DNA of 64,000 nucleotides, taken from the IMG/VR virus record IMGVR_UViG_3300027759_006101, positions 1-64,000 of that record; one strand, 5' to 3'. Shown piece by piece: positions 1-9,025 of this stretch. Below the pieces are notes generated by a model. It saw nothing but the letters and a program-made list of their open reading frames with translations. It was not told the DNA's origin and did not search any database. The first letter of the stretch is position 1. Every line of letters starts with the position of its first letter. The translations under genes and the position numbers were made by a program.

Positions 1-2009
1 CTACTGTTTTCTATTTTTGAAAGTTTTATAATTTTTTGGATTTTTGTTTCATCAATTTTTATTTGAGCAACTTGTTTTATCGTGTTGTTTATTTGCTCAA
101 CACTTGAAAGATTTGAAGTTTTTAAGATACTTTGCGATATTAAATTAAAATTTTTAGACACTTCAGAAAAATTAGAGATTGCATAATTTTTTGATAATGA
201 TTCTGTCAAAGATAGCAAATTTTTTACATTAGAAATTTTTTCAGTGCTTAACTTTGCTGATGATATATTATTATTTTTAGTTACATTAATAATTTCAGAA
301 ATTTGCTTGATGTTTGCAGTACTGGAGTTACTTTGCCGCACTAGTGTTGTCAAAGAATTTAAAGTTTCTTCATTGTTTACTGCAGATAATAATTTTTTTA
401 TTTGAGTATTATTGGAGATATTACTTATCTTATTTAAAACAATATTTGAATATTCATCAGACAATTCTTTATTATTTAGAATATTTTTTACATCATTTGA
501 AATCTTATTTTCAGTCTTGTAATTCAATACTGAAACTTTTTGGTTTACGTAGTTTACATTATTTTGAACTACATTTAAACTTTCTTTAATTTTTTCAATA
601 TTATTTTGAATAAGTGTATTTGACTTATTTACAGTTTTTAAAATTGCGCTTCGGAAGTTATAATCAACTAAATTATTTTCAAAATTAATTTCTTTTGTAA
701 GATTTATAACACTCTTATTGTATTGATTTTTTTGCAAGAAATTATGCTGGTGAACATTTTGATAATTATTTCTTATCTTATATTCAGTATTTTTAAACTC
801 TTGATATATTTCATTCATAAAGTTTAAGTTTTGAATAAACTCACGATATCTGTTTTCGATACTTCTGTAAAAATTGTAAACGGAAGTTTGATTTCTTATG
901 TTAGTAGAATATTCTTTGGCAAAAGATTGATTTATTTGAGAAATAAATTCAAAGGAAATATTTCTGCTGTGTAAATTTATTTCTCTGTTGTAAAGATTTG
1001 TAACATCATTGCGTAGATTCAGATCTTTAAGTAGTTTATTAAAAATATCTTTAAAATCTGTCTGCTCTTGTAATACATCTTTTCTAAGTCTAATGTTATT
1101 ATAATTAGAAATATTTTTAGTATTATTGATAGATTGCAATAATATATTTTGGTTATTTTGTGTTGAGAAATTTGTAGCAGAATTTCTTATACTTTTTTCA
1201 ATTCTGTTATTTGAAAATAAATTTATATTATTTACATTCTCAATGTTTGACGTATTACTTATTTTGGTTAAGTTTGTAGATTCTTTTACGTCTTGAAGAA
1301 AAGGTGTAATTTGCTTGTCTTTAGCATTACCTGTTCTTACTTGAAAGTTTTTTTTTACCTTAGTATCATCTGGATTGAAACCTAATTTCTTCAAATGATA
1401 ATTTATCATTGATTGTTCAGAATCAGATGGTACAAAAGATTCTTGTTCTAATTCATCATCATAGTTTAAGTTTCCAGCAACATTTGATGATGAAACTAAC
1501 TGCTCCATATATCTGGGATAAAGTTGAAAAAAACCTTCCATAAGTTTTTCTTCAGTAATTTCAAACTGTTCAATATCCAGTTTTTTACTTACATCTTCAA
1601 CTTTTAAGTTTTTAAGATTCTTAAGTGCTAATAAGAAATCAATTTGGTCTTGGTTTAAGCCCATATCAGAATAATCATTTTCTACTTCTTTAATTTCTTT
1701 AGTAATTGTAGGAAAAATTATTTCAGGATCGACATTAGTTTTATGCAAATGCAATTGTTCTGCATAATTTTTGTGAAAAGGATTTATTCTGTAAAGTTTT
1801 TTAGGAGAGAGCTTGTCTTTTACATCTGGAACTTTATAGTCATTTGGATCTTCAGTTGTGCCAGCAGTATGCTTCTCTTTTTTTATGTTATATGAAAGAG
1901 CTTTAGTTGAGGGAATATATTGAAAATAACAACTCAAATCTTCTGATGTCACAAAGGCATCAGATTGAATTGAAATTTTATCGTAATCGATAAAATTTAT
2001 TTCTGACAT
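1..2009 (-). CDS. Partial (runs off the left edge) Asn/Lys/Ile/Ser-rich hypothetical protein, >=669 aa, absent from the ORF track
   Basis: Manual translation from ATG at 2009 (MSEINFIDYDKISIQSDAF...) stays open to position 1; co-oriented with and 19 nt from 2029-2691. Confidence 0.85.
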   Translation of the reverse strand, partial: MSEINFIDYDKISIQSDAFVTSEDLSCYFQYIPSTKALSYNIKKEKHTAGTTEDPNDYKVPDVKDKLSPKKLYRINPFHKNYAEQLHLHKTNVDPEIIFPTITKEIKEVENDYSDMGLNQDQIDFLLALKNLKNLKVEDVSKKLDIEQFEITEEKLMEGFFQLYPRYMEQLVSSSNVAGNLNYDDELEQESFVPSDSEQSMINYHLKKLGFNPDDTKVKKNFQVRTGNAKDKQITPFLQDVKESTNLTKISNTSNIENVNNINLFSNNRIEKSIRNSATNFSTQNNQNILLQSINNTKNISNYNNIRLRKDVLQEQTDFKDIFNKLLKDLNLRNDVTNLYNREINLHSRNISFEFISQINQSFAKEYSTNIRNQTSVYNFYRSIENRYREFIQNLNFMNEIYQEFKNTEYKIRNNYQNVHQHNFLQKNQYNKSVINLTKEINFENNLVDYNFRSAILKTVNKSNTLIQNNIEKIKESLNVVQNNVNYVNQKVSVLNYKTENKISNDVKNILNNKELSDEYSNIVLNKISNISNNTQIKKLLSAVNNEETLNSLTTLVRQSNSSTANIKQISEIINVTKNNNISSAKLSTEKISNVKNLLSLTESLSKNYAISNFSEVSKNFNLISQSILKTSNLSSVEQINNTIKQVAQIKIDETKIQKIIKLSKIENS

Positions 2010-2028
2010 AAGTTACTTGTAAAGCAGT

Positions 2029-2691
2029 TTATACTTTCTTGAATCTTTGAGATTTTGGTTTTTGACTTGCTTCTGTAGTTAATGTATGATGATAATCTTC
2101 AGGATGTTCTAAGATATCACCATAATTTGGACTACCCTCTGAATCATCATAAAGATCATTGTAATATTTTCTAGTAACTTTGTCTGCTTCTTTATCCATA
2201 TCATCTGCAGTTTTGATAAACAAAGAACTGTTACTTAATTTAGAAAAGCCTTTATTACTTAATAATCTCATCCAATATGCATCTAAAACTGCTCTATTCT
2301 TTTTCACATCACGTATCAAAGCCTGAACTGCTGCGAGTTGTCTCTTTAAGTCTTGTTCTTCGCTTCCATCGTCATAGTCAAGAGTTCTGTTTTGTCCACC
2401 AGTGCTTTTATATAAGTCTGTGTCAGTTATATAATTAAATTGGGATTTATCTGCTTTAGGATACTGAAAGTTAACTATTTTTTGCAATCTTGACTTGAAG
2501 CTCTTGATATCTTCATCAATGCCTTTTTCATTTTTGATAAAAGATTCTCCTGTAGCAATAATCTCATCCAATCTCTTAATTTCATTTGTAATTTTTTCTT
2601 TATTAGAAAGATCATTAGCTGTCAATAATGACTTAGAAAAATCTCTGTAATTAGGATCGTTAAAGTTAGATTGAGAAAACTTGTATTTCAT
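2029..2691 (-). CDS. Hypothetical protein, possibly virion-internal
   Basis: 220 aa ORF tightly packed in the operon; contains IKTAD and ends in RFKKV, a motif shared with head-module proteins. Confidence 0.7.
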   Translation of the reverse strand: MKYKFSQSNFNDPNYRDFSKSLLTANDLSNKEKITNEIKRLDEIIATGESFIKNEKGIDEDIKSFKSRLQKIVNFQYPKADKSQFNYITDTDLYKSTGGQNRTLDYDDGSEEQDLKRQLAAVQALIRDVKKNRAVLDAYWMRLLSNKGFSKLSNSSLFIKTADDMDKEADKVTRKYYNDLYDDSEGSPNYGDILEHPEDYHHTLTTEASQKPKSQRFKKV

Positions 2692-2694
2692 TTC

Positions 2695-5343
2695 TTACTT
2701 CACCATTTCTTGAGTTACTTTACCAGGCTGTCCAAGATTAACTTGACCAGACGTTGCTTGAGAATCTGTCTTAACTTCTGGAATGTTTAAGTTGAGAGGT
2801 GCATTTTTTTGCAAAAGTTCTGCTTCTTTATCTAGTAATTTGTCTAGCTGCACATCAAGATTTCCACGAGCTGCTTTGAAGACTTGAGCAAAACCATTAG
2901 GTTGGCTTATTACACCAAATAAATTAATTCCACCTTCGATAAAAGGTTCAAACTGCTCTTGCATACCTTCCAAAATATATCTCAATCTTTTTTGAAATTC
3001 TATTTCTTCTCTTATTATGTTAGTAGTTTTGTAATCATTGACTTTTTTCAAATATGACGTTAACTCATTTTCATAAGCAGTCATATTATTTACAAGAGTT
3101 CTTTTTTGATTTGCATCTAAAGTTTCAAACTCTCCGACTGACTGAAGCTTTTTATATTCTGCTACTAAAGTTCTTAGTAACTTAACGTGATCTTCTAACT
3201 TTTGAACAAAAAGTTCATAATTTTGTTTTACTTTAGGAGGAAATTCCATAGGAGCGCTTAAATTGCTAGCTTCTCCTAATCCAGTATCAACAGTTTGCTC
3301 AAGTTGAGATTTTATCTTAACTTCAAACTCTTGAAGAGCTTTTTTATTTCTATCTACAAGACTTTTTATCTTGAATATTTCTTGTCCAACTTGACCTAAA
3401 ACAGTCAAAACACTGTCTACTTCTGCAGCATTTTGAATAAGATTAGCACCTTCAGAAGTTAATTTACCTTGATCAAAAATTGATTGATCCTGTGGAGCCA
3501 ATCTTCCTCTTCCACCAACCTGTAAATCAAATTGTTGATAAAATGATTTTGATAAAACATCAAAATTTTGAAATAATTTAACTAAACCCAAATCACCACT
3601 TTGGAGAAATTGAACAATAGCATCAGCACTTAAAACTGTTTTTACTATATTCAACAATCCATTGATATTGCCAGATATAAGCTTGTTTTTATCAACTACT
3701 GCAGGTCTAGATGTCTGAGGCGTACCTTGAGCAATTACCTGTCTGTAATAAGCGGATGCTGGTCTTGTAGATGGATTGCCAAACAATTGCTTGAGAGCAT
3801 CATTATGAGCCTTTTGAAATGATAATGTAGCAGGATCTTGCATTTGTGAAGAAATTGAATCTCTTAATGTTTCAAAATATTTTGAAATAGAGCCTACTAT
3901 ACTCTGTTGGGTGTTTTGCAATTCGCTTGCACCAAGTGCTCTTCCTATTTTGTTTTGTATACTTGAACTATTTGTTGAAAGAAAGTTATCAATTCCATCA
4001 TTAATTTGCTTTATTAAAACAGGCCTGAACTGATCTAATTGACTAACAAACCCTTGAGCAACTTCCAAAATATATTGAGAATTGTCTTGCTCTTGAGCAA
4101 TTTTTACAAATCTTGTCCCATTTGAACTGCTGAAAAAAGTTCTATCTCTTCTTGATGGCATTGAGCTTTGATTTTGATTTTGCGCTCTTCCGGTCATATC
4201 AGAAATACTTTGTGGGTGAGCTCTAGATTCTTGAGGACTCAGACGAGCTGTCATTGGTTGAGTGTCAAGGTAAGTTGTCATCCAGGTATCTACAAGTCTT
4301 CTGCCAGCGTTGATAACATATTGGTATTGCTTCAAAGCTCTAAAAACAGGACTTGTAATAAGAGTTTTATATAACTCTCCGTACTTTTCAATTTCCTTAG
4401 TCAATGCTCTTTCAACTTGATTCGAATCTAAAGCACTAACAAGAGCTCTTTGCAAGTTAGTTCTTTCTTGCATAGATTGCAGAGCGTCACGAACACTTTG
4501 TCTTTCTCTTCGTACAGCTTCATTTTGTTCAACATTTCTGTGCTGAGATAGACTGAATATCATTCTTGCAAGTTCCATATCAGCACGATCATCAATGATA
4601 GCTAACTTGCCAATTTCAGGATTTCTACCTTGAGCGGATTTTCTGAGCATATCAAAAACATTAAGTTCAGGATATTTTTCTTGTAATTGAGCACCACCCT
4701 TAACTAAGTCTACAGTTACACCCTTAGAACGTCTTGTGGTGTAATGCTCTAAAGCAAACAATATAATAGTATCGACACTAGTGCCAGCTTGAACTGCAAT
4801 TTTCAGTATTTCATCAATAAAAGACAATATCTCTGATTGAGGAATACCAGCTTTGAAAATGAAATCAAAAATTTCACCCAAGTTTTGGTCAGAAAGACCA
4901 TAGCCCTTCAATCTATCGATAATAATGCTTCTATCTTCTAAAAGAGTAGAAGCATCTTCGAAAGGCTCATTTATTTTTTCAGCATCGTTTCTAATAGTAT
5001 CGATCACTGACTCAAATTTAGATTTTGCTTTACTTTCAGTTTTGTTTTCAGTTGTTGATTGTTTTGAGCCAATACTGTTAAAAAACTTAGTTTTATTAGC
5101 TTCTGTCCAACCAGAAGCACGTCCAGTGCCACTTTGAACTTCACCAGTAATAGCTAGTTTATCAATATCGGAAGGTGCATTATTATATAAATTAACAATA
5201 GAATTTATATATGAATCATTTGCAGATGTTACTGTCTTATTTTCGAAAATCAAATTTCCAGACACAAAAACAGATGATTCTTTAGTTTGTGTTTTGAACA
5301 AACTAGGATCGGCTGCAAAACTATCATTGAAAACAATTTTCAT
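2695..5343 (-). CDS. Large alpha-helical hypothetical protein, candidate internal virion/ejection protein
   Basis: 882 aa, Q/L/E-rich and coiled-coil-like, contains RFVKIAQ; no catalytic motif recognised. Confidence 0.6.
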   Translation of the reverse strand: MKIVFNDSFAADPSLFKTQTKESSVFVSGNLIFENKTVTSANDSYINSIVNLYNNAPSDIDKLAITGEVQSGTGRASGWTEANKTKFFNSIGSKQSTTENKTESKAKSKFESVIDTIRNDAEKINEPFEDASTLLEDRSIIIDRLKGYGLSDQNLGEIFDFIFKAGIPQSEILSFIDEILKIAVQAGTSVDTIILFALEHYTTRRSKGVTVDLVKGGAQLQEKYPELNVFDMLRKSAQGRNPEIGKLAIIDDRADMELARMIFSLSQHRNVEQNEAVRRERQSVRDALQSMQERTNLQRALVSALDSNQVERALTKEIEKYGELYKTLITSPVFRALKQYQYVINAGRRLVDTWMTTYLDTQPMTARLSPQESRAHPQSISDMTGRAQNQNQSSMPSRRDRTFFSSSNGTRFVKIAQEQDNSQYILEVAQGFVSQLDQFRPVLIKQINDGIDNFLSTNSSSIQNKIGRALGASELQNTQQSIVGSISKYFETLRDSISSQMQDPATLSFQKAHNDALKQLFGNPSTRPASAYYRQVIAQGTPQTSRPAVVDKNKLISGNINGLLNIVKTVLSADAIVQFLQSGDLGLVKLFQNFDVLSKSFYQQFDLQVGGRGRLAPQDQSIFDQGKLTSEGANLIQNAAEVDSVLTVLGQVGQEIFKIKSLVDRNKKALQEFEVKIKSQLEQTVDTGLGEASNLSAPMEFPPKVKQNYELFVQKLEDHVKLLRTLVAEYKKLQSVGEFETLDANQKRTLVNNMTAYENELTSYLKKVNDYKTTNIIREEIEFQKRLRYILEGMQEQFEPFIEGGINLFGVISQPNGFAQVFKAARGNLDVQLDKLLDKEAELLQKNAPLNLNIPEVKTDSQATSGQVNLGQPGKVTQEMVK

Positions 5344-5345
5344 AT

Positions 5346-5522
5346 TTACTCTGCTTTTGTAATTTTAAAAGTTGAGCAGGAACAATGGGGACACTTACCT
5401 TGAAGAGCGTGTCTGCTTGATTTCATAACTACTCTTTTTGGAGCAGTAACCATTACCATAGTTCTACACTTTACACAATACATTTTATGTGTGTTAGCTG
5501 CATCAGATAATTCTGAACTCAT
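5346..5522 (-). CDS. Small zinc-binding protein (DUF5679-like), 58 aa, absent from the ORF track
   Basis: MSSELSDAANTHKMYCVKCRTMVMVTAPKRVVMKSSRHALQGKCPHCSCSTFKITKAE*; YCVKCR...GKCPHC pattern; GGGAG SD upstream; stop 2 nt before the next ATG. Confidence 0.8.
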   Translation of the reverse strand: MSSELSDAANTHKMYCVKCRTMVMVTAPKRVVMKSSRHALQGKCPHCSCSTFKITKAE

Positions 5523-5545
5523 TTTATATTTTCTCCCTAATAGAT

Positions 5546-5572
5546 TTCATAGAATTTTGTACAAGTACCTTC
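5546..5572 (-). promoter_or_regulatory. Putative late promoter, variant GAAGG-N18-TGAA
   Basis: Same GG-N19-GAA geometry as five other intergenic sites; points into 5346-5522. Confidence 0.5.
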
Positions 5573-5574
5573 AT

Positions 5575-5922
5575 ATGCCACGTTATGAATTTGCTTGTAA
5601 TTGTGAAAATGAACCTAAATCTTTTGTAATTTCACTTTCTTTTAGTGAATACAAAGAAGAAATTCCTTGTCCGTGTGGAAAAGGTTTAGCGAAAAGAGTG
5701 TTTAATTCTTTTAATGTTCAAGATGGTCTGACAGCTAAAGAAAAACAATTTGGGACTACTCAAAATAGAAAACATATGGCTGACTTTGTCAAAGAACAAA
5801 AAAACGTAAGAAAACAATCTTACGACCCAAATTCAAGAGAATCTCAATCAAATGAATTATGGACTGGGAAAGAGGGTCTTGATGGTATTACTTCAATGCC
5901 AGTAGAAAGAAAAAAGGAATAA
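5575..5922 (+). CDS. FmdB-family zinc-ribbon protein
   Basis: MPRYEFACNC...IPCPCG...AKRVF matches the FmdB MPxYEYxC pattern; start reassigned from GTG 5491 to ATG 5575. Confidence 0.75.
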   Translation: MPRYEFACNCENEPKSFVISLSFSEYKEEIPCPCGKGLAKRVFNSFNVQDGLTAKEKQFGTTQNRKHMADFVKEQKNVRKQSYDPNSRESQSNELWTGKEGLDGITSMPVERKKE

Positions 5923-5926
5923 GATT

Positions 5927-6700
5927 ATGGAAGAAAATACAGAGCCTGAATCATTTATTGTTCAAAATGTTACTTTAGGTCCTCATTATGTAAGTGATAT
6001 TAGATTAAACTTTGGGCCACTTGAGGCTATTGATTTGACTTGGGAAGATTCTAAAGTTATCAAAGCGTCAAAGGATTTGAGAACATCTTTGCGTATGGGA
6101 TTCTTAAAAAAAATATCATCAGAACAATTTGATAGTATCGAAGAGAAAGCTGCGATTAGAGGAAAGAAAGAATTACTTAGACAGCAGAATGCAAACAACC
6201 TCAGAACAGTTGATGTTGATGGGAAGCAACTCGAAGTAGAAACAATTGATACCGAAAAAGTTTACAAGAAAGAAACTGAGGTATCAACAGCTGGGTATGC
6301 AAATGATTCACTATCATATGCAACAGCCTTTGACATTGCGCAAACACAAGCACAACTAAGGGGAGATGAATTGTCAATTGAAGAGTTTGCTGAACAAGTA
6401 AACAACAACGCAAATTTAGTGCAAAATTTGCTTAGACAACAAAAAAACTTAGATGAAAATTCATCAACTTCAGGTGACAGCAGAAGAGGCAAGGCATTTG
6501 TCGCAGAAGCATCAGACAACCCAGTTAATGGAACATCTGTTAAGCAAGTCAACTTGACGAATTATAACAGAGACAGAGTTGTTGCTGGTGCAGAAATGAA
6601 CTTTTTAGATGCTCCAGATGACGACGGTATTGCTGACACTATCGATTTAGAAACTGAGATTGACCTTGAAAGTGAAAAGGGCTCAATACGACGGGTTTAG
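5927..6700 (+). CDS. Hypothetical protein, probably morphogenesis-related
   Basis: 257 aa ORF with acidic C-terminus, at the head of the neck/tail operon. Confidence 0.7.
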   Translation: MEENTEPESFIVQNVTLGPHYVSDIRLNFGPLEAIDLTWEDSKVIKASKDLRTSLRMGFLKKISSEQFDSIEEKAAIRGKKELLRQQNANNLRTVDVDGKQLEVETIDTEKVYKKETEVSTAGYANDSLSYATAFDIAQTQAQLRGDELSIEEFAEQVNNNANLVQNLLRQQKNLDENSSTSGDSRRGKAFVAEASDNPVNGTSVKQVNLTNYNRDRVVAGAEMNFLDAPDDDGIADTIDLETEIDLESEKGSIRRV

Positions 6701-6702
6701 AA
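6676..6702 (+). promoter_or_regulatory. Exact AAAGG-N18-AGAA match overlapping the end of 5927-6700
   Basis: AAAGG GCTCAATACGACGGGTTT AGAA; could be chance because it lies in coding sequence just before a terminator. Confidence 0.35.
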
Positions 6703-6722
6703 AAGACTTAATAAGACTTGAT

Positions 6723-6755
6723 TAAGGCTATCTTGTCGGTAGCCTTATTTTTTTT
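6723..6755 (+). terminator. Rho-independent terminator
   Basis: TAAGGCTA-loop-TAGCCTTA followed by 8 T. Confidence 0.75.
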
Positions 6756-6764
6756 GGAGAAAAT

Positions 6765-7874
6765 ATGTCAGACGAAATACAAGCAATGTCATATACCCAG
6801 AGTGCATTAGTATATTATAATACTGCTACATCTACACCAGGAATTTTTATAGAATGGGAGCGTTCAGGTGCTAATGGAGTTGAATTTTACAAAATTCAAA
6901 AGTCTGATCAATTTGATGGAACTTACACCACAATAGAGACAGTTCCATTTCCAATCAATGAAGGATGGGATTCAAATGGCCATCCTAGTACTTATTATAG
7001 AATTCAAGAAGTAGATACAAATGGAACTGTACTAAATACAAGTTCTCCATTTTTGGGAGATGAGCTATTAATAAAATCTAGCATTAGATACGAGTTGGAA
7101 CATCTTTTAAATATTTCAATTTATGATGAAGAAGTTGTTTTTAGAAAAGATAGAAAAATTGCAACAGTAGCATTCCCATATTGGAATTATTCTCCAAGAC
7201 CCGATGTTAGAATCAGCGGACCATCAAATCAGGGTGATAGAGACCCAATGATTCAATTATCTGAAACTGCACCAATTTATACCACGATAAATGAAACATT
7301 TGACCCAATCATCAAAAATAGAGATGGGTACGAGTCAGGATTAACAAACGGACACAATTACCCAAATGGTTTAAGATACAAATGTGATTACAAAGGAAAT
7401 ATATATTTCATTGATGCAAATGGAAATTCTGTTTCAATACAATCATACGATAATGTGTTAGTTTCTTACAGTATCAAAATGTTCACAAATGATCATATAA
7501 ACAATGCTTTGTATATGTCTTTACAACAAATCAATGCTCAACCAGGTGCGTCAAAATACCAATCAGTAGCATCTACACCATTTTTCTATGAACCAGCAAT
7601 TGTTTATGGAGCAGTTTATTATCTCTTGAGAAGTCTCCTGATTAGTTTAACAAATAGACAAAGAAGATTATTGATTGAAGACCCTGATGCCCAATTTGTA
7701 GATCAATTAAGACAAACAGCAACTATGTACAAAGAAGATTTTGACAAGATGTTAGAAAAACTTCCAATTGCTACATATCCTGGTGTTAGGTCAGTTGTAG
7801 TTCCAGAATACAATATGCCAGGAGGAAGAAGTAGATTCTTCAGATACATTTGGAACATTGGAACTGGAGGATAG
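6765..7874 (+). CDS. Putative neck/head-completion protein with an N-terminal FN3-like beta segment
   Basis: 369 aa; N-terminal IEW...FYKIQKS..GTYTTIETV; helical C-terminus (YEPAIVYGAVYYLLRSL) resembling adaptor proteins; operon position. Confidence 0.45.
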   Translation: MSDEIQAMSYTQSALVYYNTATSTPGIFIEWERSGANGVEFYKIQKSDQFDGTYTTIETVPFPINEGWDSNGHPSTYYRIQEVDTNGTVLNTSSPFLGDELLIKSSIRYELEHLLNISIYDEEVVFRKDRKIATVAFPYWNYSPRPDVRISGPSNQGDRDPMIQLSETAPIYTTINETFDPIIKNRDGYESGLTNGHNYPNGLRYKCDYKGNIYFIDANGNSVSIQSYDNVLVSYSIKMFTNDHINNALYMSLQQINAQPGASKYQSVASTPFFYEPAIVYGAVYYLLRSLLISLTNRQRRLLIEDPDAQFVDQLRQTATMYKEDFDKMLEKLPIATYPGVRSVVVPEYNMPGGRSRFFRYIWNIGTGG

Positions 7875-8025
7875 ATTTTTTTAAAAATTTCTTTTAAAAT
7901 TAATCATTTAATTAAATTATTCTTTAATTTTTAAATGATCTTTTAAATTTAATGTTAATATATTAATATATACTTCCCTTAATTAATGGGTGTAAAAAAA
8001 CAGACTGAAAAGCAAGGAACACAAA
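7875..8025. other. Extremely AT-rich intergenic stretch with an imperfect inverted repeat
   Basis: ATCATTTAA (7903-7911) / TTAAATGAT (7931-7939) arms; almost no G/C over ~100 nt. Confidence 0.6.
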
Positions 8026-8427
8026 ATGAAGAAAGTAATTCGACTTTTAGAAAATATGCGAACAAAAGTAGCTCAAATGGATCCATCATTAGTAGACAAG
8101 ATTGATGATGCAATGATGACAGATCAACAAGAATTCAATCCAATGGTAAATAATATTCAAAATCCAAAGATTGAATCATTTGCTAAACCAATGTCAGAAG
8201 TGACTGTAAAGTCTGATGACGGTACTGTCCACAGTTTTGCTGTCGAAATCAAAGCTAAACACAATGGACCTATACCTGACACTCAATTGATGTCAAAAAT
8301 CCTTCAATCAATTGAAAGCCATTCTGACAATGTAAGTGAATATGCTTCTGGAGACAGCCCTGCTAATTCTTTTGAAGTAGTCAGTTTCAAATACGAAAGA
8401 AGAGACGATAAAAAGAACTCTAAGTAG
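8026..8427 (+). CDS. Hypothetical protein
   Basis: 133 aa; AAGGA SD; contains RTKVAQ. Confidence 0.75.
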   Translation: MKKVIRLLENMRTKVAQMDPSLVDKIDDAMMTDQQEFNPMVNNIQNPKIESFAKPMSEVTVKSDDGTVHSFAVEIKAKHNGPIPDTQLMSKILQSIESHSDNVSEYASGDSPANSFEVVSFKYERRDDKKNSK

Positions 8428-8433
8428 TATAAT
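8427..8433 (+). promoter_or_regulatory. GTATAAT -10 box 6 nt before ATG (putative leaderless promoter)
   Basis: GTATAAT TTCCTT ATG, no SD. Confidence 0.55.
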
Positions 8434-8439
8434 TTCCTT

Positions 8440-8988
8440 ATGGACGATGATCAGATCAAAGTATTAAGACACTCTTTTACAAACCCGCACCGTGAAGATT
8501 TACCAAAACCAAAAGTAAATAAATTTGGGCATACAGTTCTTGGTGAAGAAATGAAAATGTCTGATCAAGAAATTGATTTCAAAATCGATGAATTTGGGGC
8601 TTTAAGTGCAGAGCCTAAGCAAAGCCTTTTCGACAGCCCAGAATTTCAAAAATGGGCAGAAAATCAGCCTAATGCGAAGACTATTGAGCCTGAAGAACAA
8701 GCAACAGAATCTCAAATTTCAGAAAAAAGTTCAATACTTCCAAATAGTGTCAATATTGCAGATCTAATTTCTGAACTTGATAAAATGGATGGCACTAATG
8801 AACGTAAGCAAACTGAAGAACAATGGTACAAGAATTGCTTAAACAAAGACTGTATGTACAATCTCCCAAAAGATGCTAAATTCTGTCTTGAATGCGGTAC
8901 TCATCAGTTGCCCAAGTTTTGCACTGAATGTGGATATAGTTTCCCAGGAACGGAAAAGTTCTGCCCTGATTGTGGAAAGAAAAGATAA
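8440..8988 (+). CDS. Double zinc-ribbon (DZR) domain protein
   Basis: C-terminal CLNKDC...FCLECG...FCTECG...FCPDCG. Confidence 0.8.
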   Translation: MDDDQIKVLRHSFTNPHREDLPKPKVNKFGHTVLGEEMKMSDQEIDFKIDEFGALSAEPKQSLFDSPEFQKWAENQPNAKTIEPEEQATESQISEKSSILPNSVNIADLISELDKMDGTNERKQTEEQWYKNCLNKDCMYNLPKDAKFCLECGTHQLPKFCTECGYSFPGTEKFCPDCGKKR

Positions 8989-8989
8989 T

Positions 8990-9016
8990 CAAGGAACAAA
9001 AAGCTTAATTTGAGAA
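8990..9016 (+). promoter_or_regulatory. Putative late promoter CAAGG-N18-AGAA
   Basis: Intergenic, 9 nt upstream of ATG 9026. Confidence 0.6.
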
Positions 9017-9025
9017 AAATCTATT

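Noticed and set aside
2691-2697. In-frame TAA-GAA-ATG junction between 2695-5343 and 2029-2691 as read-through
   Set aside because: TAA is a strong stop and the downstream gene has its own ATG one codon later, which fits ordinary coupling
5491-5574. Track start (GTG 5491) for the FmdB-like gene
   Set aside because: It overlaps the real minus-strand small ORF; the family-typical N-terminus MPRYEF starts at 5575
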